A stretch of 64,000 nucleotides of DNA from Callorhinchus milii (lineage: Eukaryota), in NCBI RefSeq assembly GCF_018977255.1, contig NW_024704742.1, positions 77,502,001 to 77,566,000 on the forward strand, in the 5' to 3' direction. Of the stretch, positions 10,780 to 22,595 are shown piece by piece. The position numbers and the translations under genes were made by a program. The stretch's first letter is position 1, and the number at the start of each line of letters is the position of its first letter. Below the pieces are notes generated by a model. That model made no database searches, was not told the DNA's origin, and worked only from the letters and a program-made list of their open reading frames with translations.

Positions 10780-13405
10780 CAAAGTTAGATCTGCTCACCC
10801 TCATTAACCAAATTAGACCAAAACATTCCAGTTAGGGAATGAGAGTTATCCCCGGAGACAAGTCCCAATCCCCCCAAAATTCTTCTCGGGCCCAAATTGT
10901 CAAAGGACAATGTGGACCTGAACCATTTCTTCATCACCACCTGAATAAGTTAGGTGACCAGTTCGCCTCTCCAGCCAAGCTAGCCCGGCCTGAACCAAGT
11001 GACCATGTACTAAAGTGAGCTTTGTATTCCAGGATCTCCGTTTCCTCTTGATGAGGGCAGATCAAACTCCTCAGATCGGAATATCTATACAAAAGCTTCC
11101 CCTACGAAATAGAGCAGGTGAGGTGGATACAGAATAGGGTTGATAGCACATGATCTTGGATATTTGTTTCTCTTCTCATGCTTTCTTTTGTTCTTAACCT
11201 TCCACCACAAAATAACTGGAATCATTCTTGGACCCTACTTTGCTGGAAGGAAGCCCGGGAAATGTTGATGATATGAGGTACTTCCTGTGCAAGTTAAAAT
11301 AATTACAGCTGTGACGCTTGTTGCAGCGACACTGCAGTCCACCCCAAATTGAAGCTCCAAGGCCTGGTAATCTGTTTATTTTAGGAGGGATTTTAATGGG
11401 ACTTTAACTTTAATGTTGTGATTTGGTGGCTTGTTCTAATTGTGTTTACTATGAGGAAAAGTGACTATTCTTGCAAATGTTAATTTGTATTTTGGTGCTG
11501 AAATCCTATAGAGCAATGGTTGACTTACATTCTTTCTATCGTTAATACTCTATAATGAAACAACATTGTTTGGTAGGTCTGGGCTGATCAAAGTGCTTAG
11601 TGAACAGCGCTCTATTTATAATCATCTTTGCATTTGATGTAGCGCCTTATCACGTCATTGAAACGTCTCAAAGCATCTCACAGGATATACTGCACTGAGT
11701 GTATTTTGTGGGAGTATGCAGCAGCCAATTTGTGCACAGCAGTGCAATGAATCACCAGTTTTATTTGGAAGATTGAGGCCTAGGACATTGGGATAAACTC
11801 TCTTCTCATTTTGAGTAGTGCTGTGGTATCTTTAATGTCCATCTGGACAGATAGGCAGGACCTCAATTTTAACGTTTCATCTGAAGGACAGGACTTCTGA
11901 CAATGCAGCACATCTCAGCACTACACTGAAATGTTTGTTTAGACTATGCTTGGTGCTCCCGCCTGATCTGCCCTAACATTGCTGGATGAACTGTCAGCTA
12001 TTCTTTTCCCGGTCCCTGGAGCTGGATCCTGAGGTCTGCTTTGCCTCTTCTCTCTCCGCCTTTAAAAATTCTCTTTAAGACCTGTGTTTGACTGCACCCC
12101 TTTTCAGGGTCCCAGTCACCCACCTGTGCGAACAGATTTACTCCATATACATTTTTAATATTTGAAAAGGGTAATTACCTTTTTTTCCCTGATTTACAGG
12201 ATATCTTGCAACATGCCAGCAGCTTGATGTTCTTGAGGTCCAAGTTCAATGCTATGTAACAGGCTTATTCAGCACTAGCTGCTTAATCCCAATAGACCTG
12301 CCCACCTGTGAAGCCGCCTCTGCTTCCAGGGTACTCAACGACAGGGCAATGTAGGCCAGAGCTCTCATTCTCTGCAGCCGCATCCTGTCCTTCAACCACA
12401 CAGAAGATCAATGTCTGTCAGATCGCTGATGAGGAAACTCTGAGGCTTCAAGCAACAGCTACTGAAATCCAAGTTTGTGAACATGCGTTTGTACATCCAA
12501 TGCTTGGAATCCACCAAGATTGGTTTGCATAAAGGTAAGCAGCTGCTGCTCAAGCTCCGCACCTCAAGTGATGGAACTATCGCTGAATGGGAAGGGACAT
12601 GTGTCCAAATGTGGGCAGGAAGGCAGTGGCAATGCTCTTATGCATTCCATGCTGAGCTGAGTTGCCCACCAGGAAGCTCGCAGGGAGTTCCTGGACCTAC
12701 CATCCACCTATTGAGGGCTCAAACAACAACAAAATTACATTTGTATAGCGCCTTTCATGTCAGGAGGACGTCAAAGGCGCTGGACAGACAGAGCTTCAGA
12801 CCCGAGCTGGGGGTCAGCTCGGGTCCGAAACCCACCCTTGTCAGATGTCAAATAACCAACCCATGACTATTCTCCTCACAAATGGAAGTAATCAGGGTTT
12901 CCTTGGAGCTGGGAACGGAATGTCAGGTTCGATCCAACTCCCTGTGGCGGTCTCAGTTATCCAGTTTCTAAGCAAGGCGAATCCAAAGTATTCCAGGGCA
13001 CTGCTGATGACAGTCCAGTCAGCCTGGCTCATCGACAGGACCTGGAAGGGCAGTGGCTCCTGTTAACCGTAATGGGTAGGATGGTCCCAGCTGGACAGGC
13101 AGAGGGAAAGCTTGTCGCACAGTGCTTTCAATGGCAAGGCAAGCGGTTTTGGTTGGTTAGACTCCAGCAGTACCGCATCACAAACTCTGGGTCCCCAAGC
13201 TTTGGCTCTTGCCAACCTGCGCCTAATCCTCCTTAGAATCAGGTAAACTGGATGCAACCCTCCAGAGAGAGTGTATGCATTCCATTCCAATAAATATCTC
13301 AGGAATTTCCATGTAAACGTGGAAAGCATGGAACTCTGTTTGGTTTGAATACTCTTAAACATGGTGATGATGGATTTCCACATGTGGCTAACTAAAAAAG
13401 AAATC
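10780..13405 (-). mobile_element. Decayed LTR-retroelement/ERV-like pol fragment (RT thumb/connection, RNase H-like, integrase-like), itself interrupted by SINE and L2 pieces
   Basis: Homologous DNA recurs at five other sites. Minus-strand peptides: YLILRRIRRRLARAKAWG, ADWTVISSALEYFG, IWTHVPSHSAI...EV (RNase H-like), ALELQFGV...STSYHQH..G, PYSVSTSPALF, VVMKKWFR...LGPRRI (integrase/GPY-F-like). Lies between two adjacent pieces of the viral L gene. Confidence 0.5.
11620..11950 (-). mobile_element. Deu-domain SINE
   Basis: Reverse of the Deu core and the L2-type tail. Confidence 0.75.
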
Positions 13406-13509
13406 CTTATTTGGGCTTCTAATCACATAGGCTTATGCAATTTTTGAAGACAAATCTTAATCATAAAGCCGCTCAGAAAATCATGAAACAAAGTGCAGTT
13501 TAGCGGATA

Positions 13510-13864
13510 GTAATGATAATCCATGCGTTTGATATACCGCCCTATCATGTCTTTGAGATGTCTCAAAGCGCTTCACAGAATATACTCTAAAGTGAATTGG
13601 CATCTTTTGTAGGCAAAACGCGGCAGCCATTTGCGCACAGCAGTGTTTCACAAACAGTTGTGGATTGAGTGACCAAATTATTATTTTTTTTTTTGAAGGG
13701 ATTATTAACCCCGGAAAAGCCAATCGATTAATGATCGGGTTCCTACATACTGCGAGGTAAACAGAGGTGTGTGGAGTAAAAACAACTTGCCTAATGTTTT
13801 GCCCTGCCCAGGAATCTAACTCAGGTCCTCTCACTTGCGAGGCGAGTGCTCTTACCACCAAGCT
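13510..13864 (-). mobile_element. tRNA-derived SINE (long variant)
   Basis: Same family as 58156-58528. Confidence 0.88.
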
Positions 13865-15074
13865 TGATAAAATGAAGGTGTGGATTAAAAAAAATATTAC
13901 ATTGTTGCTATCATTTGATACTGCTTTCCGAGTGATGTGAGCAAATGCTGTAGACTGCTCTCTTGTACCACAGAGGTGCGAGGACCAGACTTAAAATCCT
14001 GAATCCTGGAGTCTTGGGCAGCTGTTACTGCTGGAATCTGTGGAATCTAAAGTACAGAATAATTTGTGTAATTCTAGTTGCTGCAAATACACAATTGTTA
14101 ACAGGCAATCATGTCATTTCTAAGCATCAGATAGCGCAATGGGTGGGCCAGGGGCTGTTAAGAAATAGCCCTCCAAATATTCTCACAAACTTTGTATTCA
14201 ATCAGTATGTGTTTTCAGTTTTTTGTTGATGGAATATTTCTTGATTTAAGCCATCAATCAAGAAATATTCAATCAAGAACATTTATTTTGTTGGCCAACT
14301 ATAAAGATTGAGTGAATCAGAGTGGGATGTAACCATAAAGTTTGACCACTGAGATAAAGCAAAAAACATCAAAAAGAAAAATTAATGTTATTAAATATTG
14401 AACTATAAGCGACTAGTAATTTTTCCCTCTTTTGAAACCTTAAACATTGTTGTACTCTATTTAATTCTTGCCTGTAATAAATATTCATATTTTATCAAAT
14501 TTAATTTCAAGATGACACATAAGGAGAGGGACAGCCTGCTTTCTGGACTTTAAAAGTGCCAAGATTGATTGGTCCATCTTTAAAAGCAGCTTGGAGATTA
14601 GTGAATGGTTGCAACTCTATATTTCACACCCAGAGACTAGATCAATTCATCAGCCTGAGACATTTACATATTGCCCAATGATGCACCCTCGCTTAATCAT
14701 TCACATTACCAGAGATGAATCAGCAGAAACTTTTAATACTATTGCTAATCAGCAGATTGTGAAGTGCAATTGAAGGAATCTTTACAGGATCAGAAGAGAG
14801 GTTCAGATAAAGGCCATTGGAGGCATTTGATCTCATCCCTCCAGAATACCCTCCCTCCATTCTTCCCATTGCTACATCAAACTAATTCTTAAATAAGTCT
14901 GGTGTCCTGGCCTCAACCACACTTCCTGGTAACTTGTTCCTGTCATTACTTACACTTTAAAATAAGTGCCAGTGTCTGTCCTGAAATTGTCCTTCACAAA
15001 CCTGAATCTCTTGGTAGACTTGAAAATATTGGTTTGTATTGTACTTTATCTGTCTCATCAACATTTTATGCACC

Positions 15075-16333
15075 TCCTCACCTGGCATTGAACTCAAACC
15101 ACTTATATGCACACCTGAGCTCAAGTTCACCCAATTTTCACTGTTTGTACACCAGCCACCTCCGCTCCCTCAAGGCATAGGTGTGTGCTGCTGAATGCAC
15201 CTGGCTCAATCTTACTTAATGGTCCATTGGCAGATCTGGCTGGACTACATCAAAACTTACTGCTCAGTCCTTGCCATTGCTAAATTGTGCTTCTAATCCA
15301 AGATAATCTTGGAGGTCAGACATTTCTCTTCTCACCTCAACCTTCATGGTCCTGTCCTCGCCAGACTCCTCTTCTCCACCACCAACCGGCTTCTTCACCA
15401 ATCCTCTCATTCCTTGCGCATCCTCTCCTCCAACACTCTCACCTCCATTCTGACCCATGTGAAATCCATCACCTGCTCCCTCATCCCAATCCCTACCCCA
15501 CTCCTTACCTTCCAGCTCCACCTCCTTGCCCCTCAACTCAGACATCATCAACATCTTCTTGTTCACTGGCACCATTCCCATCCTCTTAAAAACAGCTGTC
15601 ATCATCCTCATCCTCAAAAATCCTTCCCTGGACCCACATCTGCTCTACAATTACTGCCTCATCTCCAACCTTCCTGTCCAAGATCCTGGAATGAGTCATT
15701 GCTTCTCAGCATTGCTCCTTCCTTTTCCACCACTCCCCAGCCCACAGCACGGAAACAGCTTTGGTCAAAGTGGCAAATGACATTTTGTCCATCTGTGACC
15801 AGGGTTTTGCAGATAATCCAGAACTCTTTAGCCCGTGTCCTCTCCCGCACCATACTCTGTGACCCCATCTCCCCCACTCTCGCTCGATTCCATTGGCTCC
15901 CTATCCTTCAGAGGATCCAGTTCACGATCTTGGTCCTCACCTACAAAGCCCTCCATGGCCTCGCCCCACCCTACATCTGCGACCTCCTAACCCCCTACCA
16001 ACCCGCCCATTCCCTCCGCTCAGCCGGCTCCGGCCTGCTCACGTCCCCCGTCCCACCCGCCCCACCATTGGCGGGAGAGCCTTCAGCCACTCTGCCCCCA
16101 ACCTCTGGAATTCCATCCCCCATTCACTCCCCCTCGCCCCTTCCTTAGCCTCCTTCAAGTCCTGCCTCAAGACCCTCCTCTTCGACCATGCCATCAGCCA
16201 CCCCCCTTCCCCTCCCCTCCCTTCTCTCCCCCTGACCCCAGCTCGGATCTAAAATACTGTACACTGTCTAGCACCTTGGAACATCCTCCCGAAGTGAAAG
16301 GCGCTATACAAATCCAATCTTGTTGTTGTTGTT
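15075..16333 (+). mobile_element. L2 LINE, internally deleted
   Basis: LQIIQNSLARVL...HWLPILQRIQFTILVLTYKALHGLAPPY; RT core missing; (GTT)n tail. Confidence 0.92.
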
Positions 16334-17499
16334 GACCTTGTGCTCTTAGAACAGAGGGAAAGCCTAACAATTGTGGCTGTCCTTGAATTCTGTTTGAGAT
16401 AGGCAATCGCTGAGCAGTCAGGTGATGTGATGGGGAAGTGTCAAGTAGAGGTCTAGCAGGTATTGTGGGGCTAGAATTGGTCTCTGTGGCTATTTCCACT
16501 CTGGGCACCAGCTGCTGGCAGGAGGTAGCTGGTTTTATGTGGCCTATTCCCGTAGAAGTGAAAACCACAAGCAAAACTCAGTGGTCAGAATCAGCTCGCA
16601 AGGTATGGCGAATGCAATTAGTTAATGAAGCCACTTGTGTTTAACTCAGTTTGTTGTCAGAATTGCTGGCAGCCCCTATAGTCTGCAATCGCCTAGAGAA
16701 ATAAATCAATTTGTGCTATGGTCGAAAGGTTGACTCCTTACCATTCATTTGGAATATTTGATGGCGTTTTGGGCACCTAAACTTCTAAAAGTCTTTGATG
16801 CATTTCACAGTAGCGAACACTATCCAGAAATCAAAAGATTAAGTTATGAGGACAGTAAGATGCAAGTTACCCTTTTCTCATTCGAGAAAATGTTAAGTGT
16901 GCACATGATCCAAGTCTTCAAAATGATGAATTGTTTGGATAATGTGGCAAAAGGCTATTTAAATTAAACTGGGTGCAAAATTAGAAGGCTTAAATAAAAA
17001 TTAACACATGAACTGAAAGAAGACAGCAGAGATTTTGACACAGAGCAATTGCTAGAATCCAAAGTTAGTTAATGCTACTTAACTTAAAATCTTTACATCT
17101 GATATAGTGCCTTTCACGTCGGGAGAATGTCTCAAAGCACTTCAGAGGATTTACTGTGAAATGGAATGATTGTGTATTGTGGAGGTGAATGTGGCAGCGA
17201 ATTTGCACATAGCCATGAAGTGAATGACCAATTTTATTTGGGAGATTCTTGGCCAGGACAGAACACTGGAAGCAATCTCCTCTTTTCGAAGAGAGCTATG
17301 GGATTAAACAATAACAATCCTTACATTTGGTATAGTGCCTTTCATGTCTAGAGGACTTTTCAAAAGCGCTTCACGTGATTTACTGTAAAATGGGGTGATT
17401 GTGTATTTGTAGACAAATGAGGCACAGTGTTTTGCCATGTTTACGCACAACAGTGTTTCACAAACAGCCATACAGCGAGTGAGCAATTTTATTTCAGGG

Positions 17500-17850
17500 A
17501 TTGTTTTTCTTACTTAGTGTTTCTTTCGAATTTCAGGAAGATCAGTTGATCTTATGATATCACAGAAAGCTATTTTTCCCAGTAACTCAGTTATAACTCT
17601 CAGAACCAATAGATAAATGGACATAGCATTCAGCATTCATCATTCTGATGCACCAAGTAAATCAACTAAAAAAGCCATCCACCTATTAAAAGTTCAAACC
17701 TGCGGTTGTTGGATGTCAAATGACCAACTAGTGACTATTCCTGTGAGTATGTGTGTATGTTTGGGGGGAGGTGGGGGTTTGGAGAGAGAAGAGAATGTAG
17801 TCTCCTTGAAGCTGGACTGATATGTTTGGCAACAGAATGTCAGAATTGAG
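17500..17850 (-). mobile_element. Fragment of the same ERV-like family
   Basis: Reverse strand gaatagtcactagttggtcatttgacatcc...taataggtggatgg aligns with 12700-12930. Confidence 0.55.
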
Positions 17851-18365
17851 CCAACCTTCAGTCTCTCTGCTCCCACCCTTTGGAACTCCAGCCCCTTTGC
17901 CTTGCTCCCTCCCTTGGCTTCTTCTTCAACCACGCCTTCAGCCACCCTACTACCCCTGCCTGGGGAGGTGAGCGTAAGCATGATCAAAAAGGAAGGTCTT
18001 CAGGTGGGATTTGAAAGTGGGGAGGGAGGGGACAAGGTGGAGGGATTGAGGGAGAGAGTTCCAGAGCTTCAGAGCATAGTGGCTGAAAGCACGGTGGCTG
18101 ATAGTGGAGTGGAGTGGATGACTGACAAACAGGACGCCAGGGCCAGCCAAGCAGAGTTAGTATGTGGTGGGTTGGGGGGTAAGCAGGTTGAATAGGTGTG
18201 TGGGGGAGGAGGCAATGATAACCGAAAGCGCAGTGAAAGAGGCGAGTCTTAAAGCGAGCTTCAAAAGGGGCGAGTTGGAAGGACTCCAGGATTGAATGCC
18301 AGAAGATAGAAGCAGAATAGGTGAAATCTCACCCACTGATGGTGGGGCGGATCGGGTGGGAGACA
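17850..18365. mobile_element. L2 3' fragments (short + piece joined to - pieces)
   Basis: HRAFSHYALKLWNSLPQSL...FKSHLKTFLF on the minus strand. Confidence 0.8.
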
Positions 18366-18729
18366 TTCAGTGTACTGAATGATCTCTTTGAGTGGAAAAA
18401 CAACAATAACAACAACAATTTATATTGCGCTGTAATTTAAAGAAACTCCACTGAGGAACTTTTTAGATCCTTTGGCCAAAGAATTATTCTTCTTTAGTCA
18501 CGAACCTGGAATGTTATTTAATCTTTGCAGTGGAAGTGTACAGCCTCATCTTCTGCAAGCCATTTCCCCAGGGTCAATGGATGTATGGATGTTTTCAAAG
18601 ATATACAAAACATAAAAGAGATTCATTTGAATGTTAATTTTCTTAGATAAAATTGCTTCGATCTAACAAATTGAATGGGATGCCAGGGTGGGTATGGTGC
18701 TTTCAGTCATGTTTGTCCCGTTTAACATT

Positions 18730-20170
18730 TTATTTGATAAACATTCTATATTTGTGAGTGATCAATCACAGCTGTGAACAATAAAACTGTTCTTTTATGA
18801 TGCGATCAAACAGCAATTACAAAACATGAACTGAATCAAGTGACCAATGTTGTTTCTGTGATATACATCAGTTGACCATTATCCAACCATAGTGCATGGA
18901 TTGTTATGTGAATAAAAGCTGTCACTTAAACAGATATCGCTTAATTACTATTTGACAGCACAGTATCTTAACTTTAATATTTTGCATGTGATGCACTTAT
19001 TTCATCCCACATGTCTGATAAAAACATCATCAAATGATTTACCGCATCCCATTGCTGGAGATTTGCCAACTGGTACTTTATAACTGAAAATGAAACATAC
19101 TATCTGTTATAATAACATAATCCTCGCATTTGGTACAGAGCTTTATCACATCATCCACGTCTCAAAGTGTTGCACGGGATTTACTGTAAATTGTAGTGGT
19201 TATATATTTGTAGCTGAATGCAGCAGCCAATTTTCACACACTGAATCCCACAACCTTCCATGAAGTGAGTGTCCAATTTTATTCGTGAGATTGTATATAG
19301 AAATAAAACATTTATGTGATCAAAATTACAGTTTTCCTAAACTCATTCCACCCCTTAATTAGTAATGATAATTATTAATGAAAATTAAGGAACTGATGCT
19401 TTTAAGAATACCACAATTTTGACCCCTTCAACTTTATAAACAAAAAGATTATCATGTTTAAATATCTCAAAGGGCCTGGGAGTCTGGAATCTGAGTATCC
19501 ATACCATCTCCTTCACTCACTGATCAAAAAGAAAAATAGTTGGAACCGAGGCAACCTAGCGATTAATCCCTGTTTGAAGACTTTCAGAAACGTGAGAGAC
19601 AGCTCACACGACATAATGGGGAGTGTTAAATTGCCATTCACGTTTGCAATAATCCTTGTTAAAATGGAATATTCATGCCCTGCAGTTTAATTCTGGTGGT
19701 CCGGTACAGAGCATTGTGGTGCACTGATGCACTGGGTCCCAGGAATGCTCGTCATGGCTGAGTGACCATGTTTCTCATGAACATTTTGCGAGCTTCAGCA
19801 AACTAAAGGGCAAACCACAGAGGGCACTTCCCACAGTAGGCACGGAGGAACAATCTATAGATTAATTATTGGAGACTGCTCGCTCATATCTATTAGCAGT
19901 TGGTTATGGAATAGATTAGCAGATGCCTAGAGCATCTTGTCTGTCAGATAGACACCCCTGGCAAGATTGGTGCTTGGTGCAGAGATCTAAATGGGAGAAG
20001 TAACAGCAAAATGTGTTTTTTCCAGTTTTCATTCTTTCAATATTTGTTAATTATCTCCCTCTTTGTGTCTGGAGTATAATTTCATAACTGCCTGATGCCC
20101 TCCAGTATTTCACACAGGTCATCATTGTACACGATGGAGCTTACGCTGTGAGTGTAAGATGGCTTTTACA
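18730..20170 (-). pseudogene. Paramyxovirus-like haemagglutinin-neuraminidase (HN/RBP) gene remnant
   Basis: In order: PILPGVS..RCSR..IYSITNC; RK-CS (19778-19790, NRKSCS with a 2-nt deletion); QCTTMLCT (19703-19723, cf. GCDMLCS); N*GVE*...LFLYT (~19295-19360, cf. NYWGAEGR...IYIYT); STSW (19066-19077); CTMVG*WSTDVY (~18861-18897, cf. CITGVYTDAY); SSCF...FYC (18778-18832, cf. TTCF...YC). The N-terminal TM anchor was not identified. Confidence 0.6.
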
Positions 20171-20279
20171 GTTAGCCTGATCTTGTTTATTCCCGAATTT
20201 GAGCACAGTTTAGCGCATTCTTGAGCTCATCTATGAACTTTCCTGTCGGGCTTTTTTGGTAGTAAACCAAAGTGGTTGA

Positions 20280-20525
20280 TTCCCCATTATAGCCGCCAAC
20301 TTGCCCTTAGCCTGGTGGATTTGATAAACGACGCGCGGAAGTGATGTCACGCAGCAGGTTTTGGTTGTTGGTTCAGGCGGGAGATTTTGAAATGGCACTT
20401 TCATGCCTAGAACAGCCGAACCTTTGAACCCCACACTCGTACTGTCCGCTTGCCCGACCGAGGCCTCTGCCCTCGTGTCTGCTCTCACTGCTCCACCGCT
20501 CACTCGCATCTTTTCTCACCGCCAG
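20280..20525. promoter_or_regulatory. Small CpG-rich island with promoter motifs
   Basis: About 16 CpG in ~245 bp against a CpG-depleted background; CGCGCGGAAGTGATGTCAC (ETS + CRE-like, 20332-20350); GGCGGGAGATTTTGAAA (E2F/CDE-CHR-like, 20376-20392). Confidence 0.5.
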
Positions 20526-21013
20526 CACAAGTCTCAAGAGCAGCCCAGGAGTACTGAGGTCAATTATAGTTTCCCTGCCTTAGCTGAGATCAACTGATAG
20601 ATCAAACCCGAGACTTTCTGATCTCTGAACTGAAACTCGGTACCATATCACGTGATCTATTTACCACTAAATCAAGAATACTGATGAATTTCGTTGTGGG
20701 GTTATACTTGGGTGTCTAGTTTCATTGGTATGCAATAAGAAACAATTGAGCACTTGTCTTGTTCCTGTTGGAAGACCTCAGTGGCTCATATTGACTTTCA
20801 CATTATTTTAATTATCCTGGATTCCTCTTTTTTTTAAAAAAAACATGAATATGACTGTCAATGTTTTTCTCAATTGAAGCATACTGTCCCAGTGAGATAA
20901 CCTCAATTTGTTTTTCTGAATATCTGTTCCCATGAATCAAGTTCTACNAAAAAAAATTAAAGAGGGAAAAGAATTTAACTAATTGTTTGTTGGTAGTATG
21001 TGAAGACTAAGAA

Positions 21014-21393
21014 AATAATAATAATAATCCTTGTATTTGATATAGTGGCTTATGACAGCATTGCGATGTCTCGAAGTGCTTCACGGAATATACTGTGAAG
21101 TGAATTGACTGTATATTTTGTGGGCGAAACTCGGCAGCAAATTGCGCACAGCAGTGTCCCACAAATAGTCATGGATAAAATGACCAAATTATTTATTTAT
21201 TTATTTTTGAAGGGATTATTATCCCGGAAAGTGATCCGCCAAGCAACTAACAACTGGGTTCCTACTTACTGCTCGGTAAACAAAGGAGTGTGGAGTAAAG
21301 AAACTTGCCCAATGTTTCACCCTGCTGGGAATCGAACCTGGGTCCTCTCGCTTGCGAGGCGAGTGCTCTAACCACTACACTACAGAACTCCAC
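21014..21393 (-). mobile_element. tRNA-derived SINE (long variant) inserted in the viral F gene
   Basis: Full head to (ATT)n tail. Confidence 0.9.
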
Positions 21394-21959
21394 GATAATA
21401 AATAAACTTCATTGCTCCTGCAGGGCCTTAACCAAGTATTACTTGAGTGCAATTGTGATCAGCAGAAGTTACTACAGTAGTTCTGTTGTAAATCACACTC
21501 TGAGAAGGGGCCAATTGGGTCAATGAGGTGAAAGCATTAGCAATGCAAGTGTACTTATTATCTCCAATGTTTAAAATAGCTGATTCAGCAGCACTGCAAA
21601 TCAGTTCAAATGATGTGCATAACCTAGTGGACTCACAAATCACATAGACATTTCTTTAATTGATAAATTTAATTGGCATGATTTATAACACATTTATATT
21701 CTGCGCATTGACGTTTCTTGGCAGTTTAAGAGTGTTATCTCCAGCAGTGACTAACGCAAAATGAATCTCTATCCTTCACACAGGACAGCAGCAGAGATGA
21801 CTCTTTCTAAAATCCTCCCAAAAAGTGCTGTGATGCGAATTGCTGACAGTACTATGTCACTTGCAAATGTAGGAATACACAAGAGCATCGCGGTCCATGT
21901 GGCAGTATTAATACGCAACTCTCTCAACCAAAAAACAGTCCATTTCTTATATTCCTCCT

Positions 21960-22595
21960 AATTCCTGTGATCAAACCTAGTCTTTTGCTGTAAACATTCT
22001 ATTGTCTAGATGGATACTGTAATAGGATAACCAGAAATGTACTCATTAATCCAGATGGAGTTGAACAAGTTCAATATCACTTCCTGAGGTTTATGGTCCT
22101 TCCCTTTAGCTACACATCCTAGATTCTGCTGATCGTTTTTTATGCTGTCATACACTGTGCTGATGGTTTCATTGATCTAAAAATATATTACGCCAAGTAC
22201 ATCTCATCTTGTCCAGCAGATTAATATAATTTAGTTTATATTGCCATTGTTTATTCTCTTTCCCGAAACTAGTCACTTTGCATTTATCCAGATGAAATGA
22301 TCTTTGCCACTCATTGCCTATCTATCCAGATCCCTAGTATTCAGTCAATCTGATCCCCTTTGTCTGTAATACCCACAATTTAGTCTAACTAAACTTAGAT
22401 GGTTTGGTTTCTGCACCACGTCTAATCATTTATATAGAAAGTACATAACATTGGCCCTAGCACTGATCCCTGAGGTACCGCTCTTATTACTTCCTTCCAT
22501 GCCATGGAAATCCATGTACAAGTACCCATTGCTTCCTATCATCCAGTTAATTTCTGATATACTTCAGAACATCCCCTTCCAATTCCTGTAACTTT
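21960..22595 (-). mobile_element. Old CR1 LINE RT fragment inserted in the viral F gene
   Basis: Reverse reads agcggtacctcagggatcagtgctagggcc = SGxPQGSVLG. Confidence 0.75.

Noticed and set aside
12200..12534. Plus-strand exon candidate with good acceptor and donor (also 11033-11117)
   Set aside because: The 12200-12534 segment has stops in all frames, and both lie antisense within the ERV-like fragment. At most non-coding exonisation, which the sequence alone cannot show.
16740..16790. Plus-strand WRFGHL resembling the L FGHP motif
   Set aside because: Wrong strand; the collinear GHP motif is at 14321-14347.
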